From a virus (taxonomy: Duplodnaviria; Heunggongvirae; Uroviricota; Caudoviricetes): a stretch of DNA of 40,336 nt. The position numbers were made by a program, and so were the translations under genes. Below, one piece after another: positions 37,004-40,336 of the stretch. Position 1 is the first letter of the stretch; the number at the start of each line of letters is the position of its first letter. The DNA is taken from IMG/VR virus record IMGVR_UViG_643348545_000005; one strand, written 5' to 3'. A model generated the notes under the pieces. That model worked only from the letters and a program-made list of their open reading frames with translations, ran no database searches and was not told where the DNA came from.

Positions 37004-37348
37004 TCAGTGCTTGCTTCCCGGATATTGAAAACGCAGGCCGTTGATTAATCTGTCTGCCGTTCTTAAGGCTTCAAAAAATGTGAAATCCTGTCCGAAGTAA
37101 TCATCCCCGCGAGTCAGGGTGAAATTAAATCTGCCAGTAACAGGGCTGCGAAAACTTTTGTGAATAACGATGCCAGTGTCGCCAATCGTCCAGGTGTGCT
37201 TGCCGGTTTGTTTTACCGGGTGACCGTCTGGTGTGGCATGGATTTCAGTGGTTGTGGTCGCACTATTTTTGCGGAAGTGCTGGCGTGCAACGTGGCGTTC
37301 GGCACTTGTTCGAAAATTCTGCTGTGAAAAATTTCCCGGTTTCTTCAT
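37004..37348 (-). CDS. Hypothetical protein (about 114 aa)
   Basis: ATG at 37348 with an AGGGA RBS; the track ORF extends to 37405 without an RBS. Confidence 0.4.
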   Translation of the reverse strand: MKKPGNFSQQNFRTSAERHVARQHFRKNSATTTTEIHATPDGHPVKQTGKHTWTIGDTGIVIHKSFRSPVTGRFNFTLTRGDDYFGQDFTFFEALRTADRLINGLRFQYPGSKH

Positions 37349-37500
37349 AAAAATCCCTACTGCTGCTGTGAATTTGTGCCGGGTTTTTAGCCATGCCCGG
37401 CGCATGGTTTTGTAGTAATTTCGTTACGCCTTGCAATTCTTGCCCGAACTGTTGTAACGATAACCAACCACACAAAGGAGTATTTATGTTTTCTCATAAA

Positions 37501-37764
37501 CTATTTCGGCAATTTGCACTGCATTGAGACTGGTATCGAGTAAACCAGTCGTCGTTTTGGCGGTATTCGCAGTGGAAATGTTTTGTCACGGGAGATGTTG
37601 ATACTCTGCATCTTGACGATGCTGTCTTCCGTTATTTTTTCCTTTATCCACTCAAGTACCGTTACGGCCTCTTCGTAAGAATAATTATTCAGGGCAATCA
37701 ACATTGACTCTGTTGCATCCTGTAATCGTTTCACAAAATAATCCGGAGATTTCTCTTTATTCAT
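37501..37764 (-). CDS. Hypothetical protein (about 87 aa) in an AT-rich island
   Basis: ATG at 37764 with an AGGA RBS; the alternative track start is at 37878. Confidence 0.3.
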   Translation of the reverse strand: MNKEKSPDYFVKRLQDATESMLIALNNYSYEEAVTVLEWIKEKITEDSIVKMQSINISRDKTFPLRIPPKRRLVYSIPVSMQCKLPK

Positions 37765-38220
37765 ATGAAAATTATCCTTACATCCGAATCTGGGCGGTGG
37801 TTTTGGGTTTTGCGTGCTGCCGAACGTGAGCTTGCAAGAAGTGAGGGGTTTCACAGTTTTGTTGATGCCCGTGCTCATGCAGAACTCTTTCGTATTGGCG
37901 CGCGTTCCCCTGTGATTCTTCGCTCTGTAAAAAAATGTGCTCAGTCACTGGTGAATGATAAATATCACCTTGTCTTCTTGGTTACGGAATCTACGTCTGG
38001 TTTTTGCTTGTCACTTTCGTATCCTGAAAACATTCACTTGTATGATGAGGTGTTTGAGTCTTTTGAAGGTGCCGAATCGTTTGCTCAACATCTCTCATAC
38101 GATGTGTTCGAACTGGCTGATATTTATGATTGTTGGGGGTCGCTTATTCATCCCTTGCAACATTCTCGTTTTTACAGAAATGTGTTTGATATTGATGATG
38201 ATCATCCATCAGCCTGGTAG
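37765..38220 (+). CDS. Hypothetical protein (151 aa) in an AT-rich island, antisense to the early operon
   Basis: Long ORF with plausible protein composition; its ATG is back-to-back with the minus-strand ATG (CATATG at 37762-37767). Confidence 0.35.
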   Translation: MKIILTSESGRWFWVLRAAERELARSEGFHSFVDARAHAELFRIGARSPVILRSVKKCAQSLVNDKYHLVFLVTESTSGFCLSLSYPENIHLYDEVFESFEGAESFAQHLSYDVFELADIYDCWGSLIHPLQHSRFYRNVFDIDDDHPSAW

Positions 38221-38304
38221 GCTGCTTGCATAACAACCATTTTCCACAGCATCTGCGGCGAAATCTCATTCCTGGGATTTCGCTGTTGCCGGTTTGTTTT
38301 GATG

Positions 38305-38829
38305 TCACTGGTTGCCTCCACTGTATTGGTGTTGCTCCAGTTTTGACTTTCTTCCTGTGTAAACCCGCTTTCCATTGATGGTCTGGCAGTCTTCTTTGTT
38401 TGCCGGGGAAAACTTTCTTTTCTGTCGGTCGTATGTCCAGTAGCTTTTCCAGTTGTGCCATTCTGGCGGCTCGCATTCTGGTAGTTCGTCAGCCAGCTTG
38501 TCCCACTCTCTGGCGTTAAACCACCACACGCCATCCGAATTTTCATCTTCAGGGTTTGAACGGGTCTTGTGTCCAGGCATCTGATTTCGCTGAAGCGCCA
38601 CGCGCAATGCAGCTTTTGTCAACCCGATATAGGCTGCCCCTTTTTCAAGTGAGCAAAGTCCGGCTACCGGGCCATCCAGTCGCAAGGTTGCCCCTTTTTT
38701 GTAGGTGCGTTTTTTCTTTTCCTCTTGGTGTTCATCGTCGTTTGCCGCGCCAACGGATTCGGTGATGCTGTCGTTTTCCTGAAGGGCTTGTGTGTCAGAT
38801 AACTCTTTATCGGCAATTGACTTCCGCAT
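38305..38829 (-). CDS. First early-operon gene (174 aa); possible Cox/excisionase-like regulator with extensions
   Basis: Divergent from C with a 103-bp intergenic region; AGGA RBS; central segment is HTH-like and has a GVWWFNAREW segment reminiscent of P2 Cox GEYWVYLPAW; larger than Cox or Apl. Confidence 0.35.
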   Translation of the reverse strand: MRKSIADKELSDTQALQENDSITESVGAANDDEHQEEKKKRTYKKGATLRLDGPVAGLCSLEKGAAYIGLTKAALRVALQRNQMPGHKTRSNPEDENSDGVWWFNAREWDKLADELPECEPPEWHNWKSYWTYDRQKRKFSPANKEDCQTINGKRVYTGRKSKLEQHQYSGGNQ

Positions 38830-38891
38830 TTGCTATCCTCTTGCGTTGGTGCGCTTGTCGCGCATCATGAAGGTTTGTTTTGATTTGTTTA

Positions 38892-38909
38892 CTTCACCCT
38901 GTGGTGAAG
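38892..38909. promoter_or_regulatory. Palindromic operator-like site CTTCACC-N4-GGTGAAG in the C/early-operon intergenic region
   Basis: Perfect 7-bp inverted repeat between the divergent starts at 38829 and 38933. Confidence 0.3.
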
Positions 38910-38932
38910 TTCGAATAGAGGATACTCATCGT

Positions 38933-39274
38933 ATGGTGAACATGTCAAGAGATTACGCCAAAAAACTAAAGGCAATCAGAAACGCGGAAAACCTTACACA
39001 ATCTCAGTTTTCGCAAGTAACGGGAGTTTCTGTAGGAACTATAGGAAATTATGAGTCTGGATATAAACCTGCGCGAATTGAGGTTGTAGAAAAAGTAATC
39101 CAAGTCGAGCGATTCGAAAAATACACTATGTGGATACTTCACGACAAAACATTTCCCGCTGCCGGGCAGGTTGCCCCGGCTCTCTCTCTTGATGGCTCCA
39201 TTCAGTCGGAGGGCGATCAGGTTTCAATCGGCATTACCCAAAAATCACCCCGATCTCGTCGCAATGCTGGCTAA
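38933..39274 (+). CDS. C: Immunity repressor C (XRE-family HTH)
   Basis: HTH (LTQSQFSQVTGVSVGTIGNYESG) and C-terminal FEKYTMWIL...GQVAPAL match P2 C. Start set at the ATG at 38933; the track ORF begins upstream. Confidence 0.75.
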   Translation: MVNMSRDYAKKLKAIRNAENLTQSQFSQVTGVSVGTIGNYESGYKPARIEVVEKVIQVERFEKYTMWILHDKTFPAAGQVAPALSLDGSIQSEGDQVSIGITQKSPRSRRNAG

Positions 39275-39343
39275 CGCTGTACATCGAGCGGGTTTCATCC
39301 CGTAGAGAGTGTACGGCTGATTCATCCGTTGGAGGGGCTAATC

Positions 39344-40336
39344 ATGTCGATTAAGCAACTCAAAGACGGGCGTTATAAGGTTGATGTAAGACCGCAAGGG
39401 ACGGAAGGAAAGCGGATCCGTAAGATTTTTACCCTGAAGTCAAAGGCACAGGAGTTTGAAAGGTATGTTTTGCAGAATTTCCACGATAAACCGTGGCAGG
39501 CCAAGCCAGCTGATCAGCGTCGGTTATCCGAACTGATAGATGCCTGGTGGGTGCTTGATGGCCGGAATCAGCCTTACGGGGATACTTACAGGGTCAGGCT
39601 GGAAAAAATAAACCGTGAGATGAGGGACCCCTGCGCCAGTGAGATGACGCGAAAGTTTATGCTCGGGTATCGTTCAGACAAATTACAGGCCGGATTAATG
39701 CCCTCCAGTGTTAATCGTGATTTGTGCGCCTTGTCTGCAATGTTTACCTCGCTGATTGATGCGGAGGTTTTCCATAACGAAAACCCGGTGCGTGGAATAC
39801 GTAAGCTCAAGGTCAGGAATACAGAAATGGCCTTTCTTTCAGATGATGAGATTGATCGGCTGCTTGAACGACTCGAGGGGGATGCGCGTCGTGTTGCTGT
39901 TCTGTGTCTTTCCACTGGCGCAAGGTGGGGGGAAGCAGCTGGCTTACGTGGTGAGCATATCGTTGGTAACCGCGTAATGTTCTTTAACACAAAGAATGGA
40001 AAATCCCGCGCGGTTCCTGTTTCTGATACGGTGCTTTCGTTGATAAAAACCCGAAAAACCGGGCTATTGTACCAGGCTGATTACATCCGTTTTCGGGATA
40101 TCCTTCAGGAGGTGAAACCGGATTTACCCAAAGGTCAGGCGACTCACGTTATGCGTCACACGTTCGCCACGCATTTCATGATGAACGGCGGAAATATCGT
40201 TACGTTACAGCGAATCCTTGGGCACACCACGATTCAACAAACGATGACGTATGCGCATTTTTCACCGGACTTTTTACAGGATGCGATTAGCTTTAATCCG
40301 CTGGCTGATAGTGTCCATAAACTGTCCATTGACTAG
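39344..40336 (+). CDS. int: Tyrosine integrase (P2 Int family)
   Basis: Similarity to P2 Int (MSIKQL.DGRY.VD.RP, LSTGARWGEAA, HxxRHTFATHFMMNGG, ILGHT...YAHF); GGAGGGG RBS; ends exactly at the window end. Confidence 0.9.
   Translation: MSIKQLKDGRYKVDVRPQGTEGKRIRKIFTLKSKAQEFERYVLQNFHDKPWQAKPADQRRLSELIDAWWVLDGRNQPYGDTYRVRLEKINREMRDPCASEMTRKFMLGYRSDKLQAGLMPSSVNRDLCALSAMFTSLIDAEVFHNENPVRGIRKLKVRNTEMAFLSDDEIDRLLERLEGDARRVAVLCLSTGARWGEAAGLRGEHIVGNRVMFFNTKNGKSRAVPVSDTVLSLIKTRKTGLLYQADYIRFRDILQEVKPDLPKGQATHVMRHTFATHFMMNGGNIVTLQRILGHTTIQQTMTYAHFSPDFLQDAISFNPLADSVHKLSID

Larger units (their letters stand above)
2281..40336. mobile_element. P2-like (Peduovirinae-type) prophage; right end (ogr side) near 2281-2320, integrase at window end
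   Basis: Essentially complete P2 gene set recognisable by translation (ogr, D, FI, FII, E, T, U, G, H, I, J, W, V, S, R, lysis, X, L, M, N, O, P, Q, A, C, int). Confidence 0.9.

Overview
The window opens with a complete serS gene (1-1293), followed by two tandem, diverged copies of a ~400 bp hok/sok-like type I toxin locus (1440-2320). From about 2281 to the window end it is a P2-like (Peduovirinae-type) prophage, read here in reverse of the canonical P2 map: ogr and D (minus), then the tail sheath/tube/E/tape-measure/U block on the PLUS strand (3907-9482), then G-H-I-J-W-V-S-R, a cargo insert with a NanS-p-like esterase, the lysis cassette, X-L-M-N-O (all minus), P and Q (plus), a cos-proximal cargo region carrying an IS3-family element, replication gene A and an early operon with a Dam methylase and an exonuclease (minus), and finally the C repressor and integrase (plus), ending at 40336. 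Points worth a second look: the sheath-to-U block is inverted relative to both D and the baseplate/fibre block; the portal gene has an apparent frameshift in a G5 run; the IS has split a small SSB-like gene; and the portal/cos-to-A variable region holds uncharacterised genes (a 167-aa protein and an AT-rich membrane protein) that are candidates for a phage-defence or exclusion function. No rRNA, tRNA or CRISPR array was seen. All calls rest on reading the ORF translations and sequence by eye; no database search was run.
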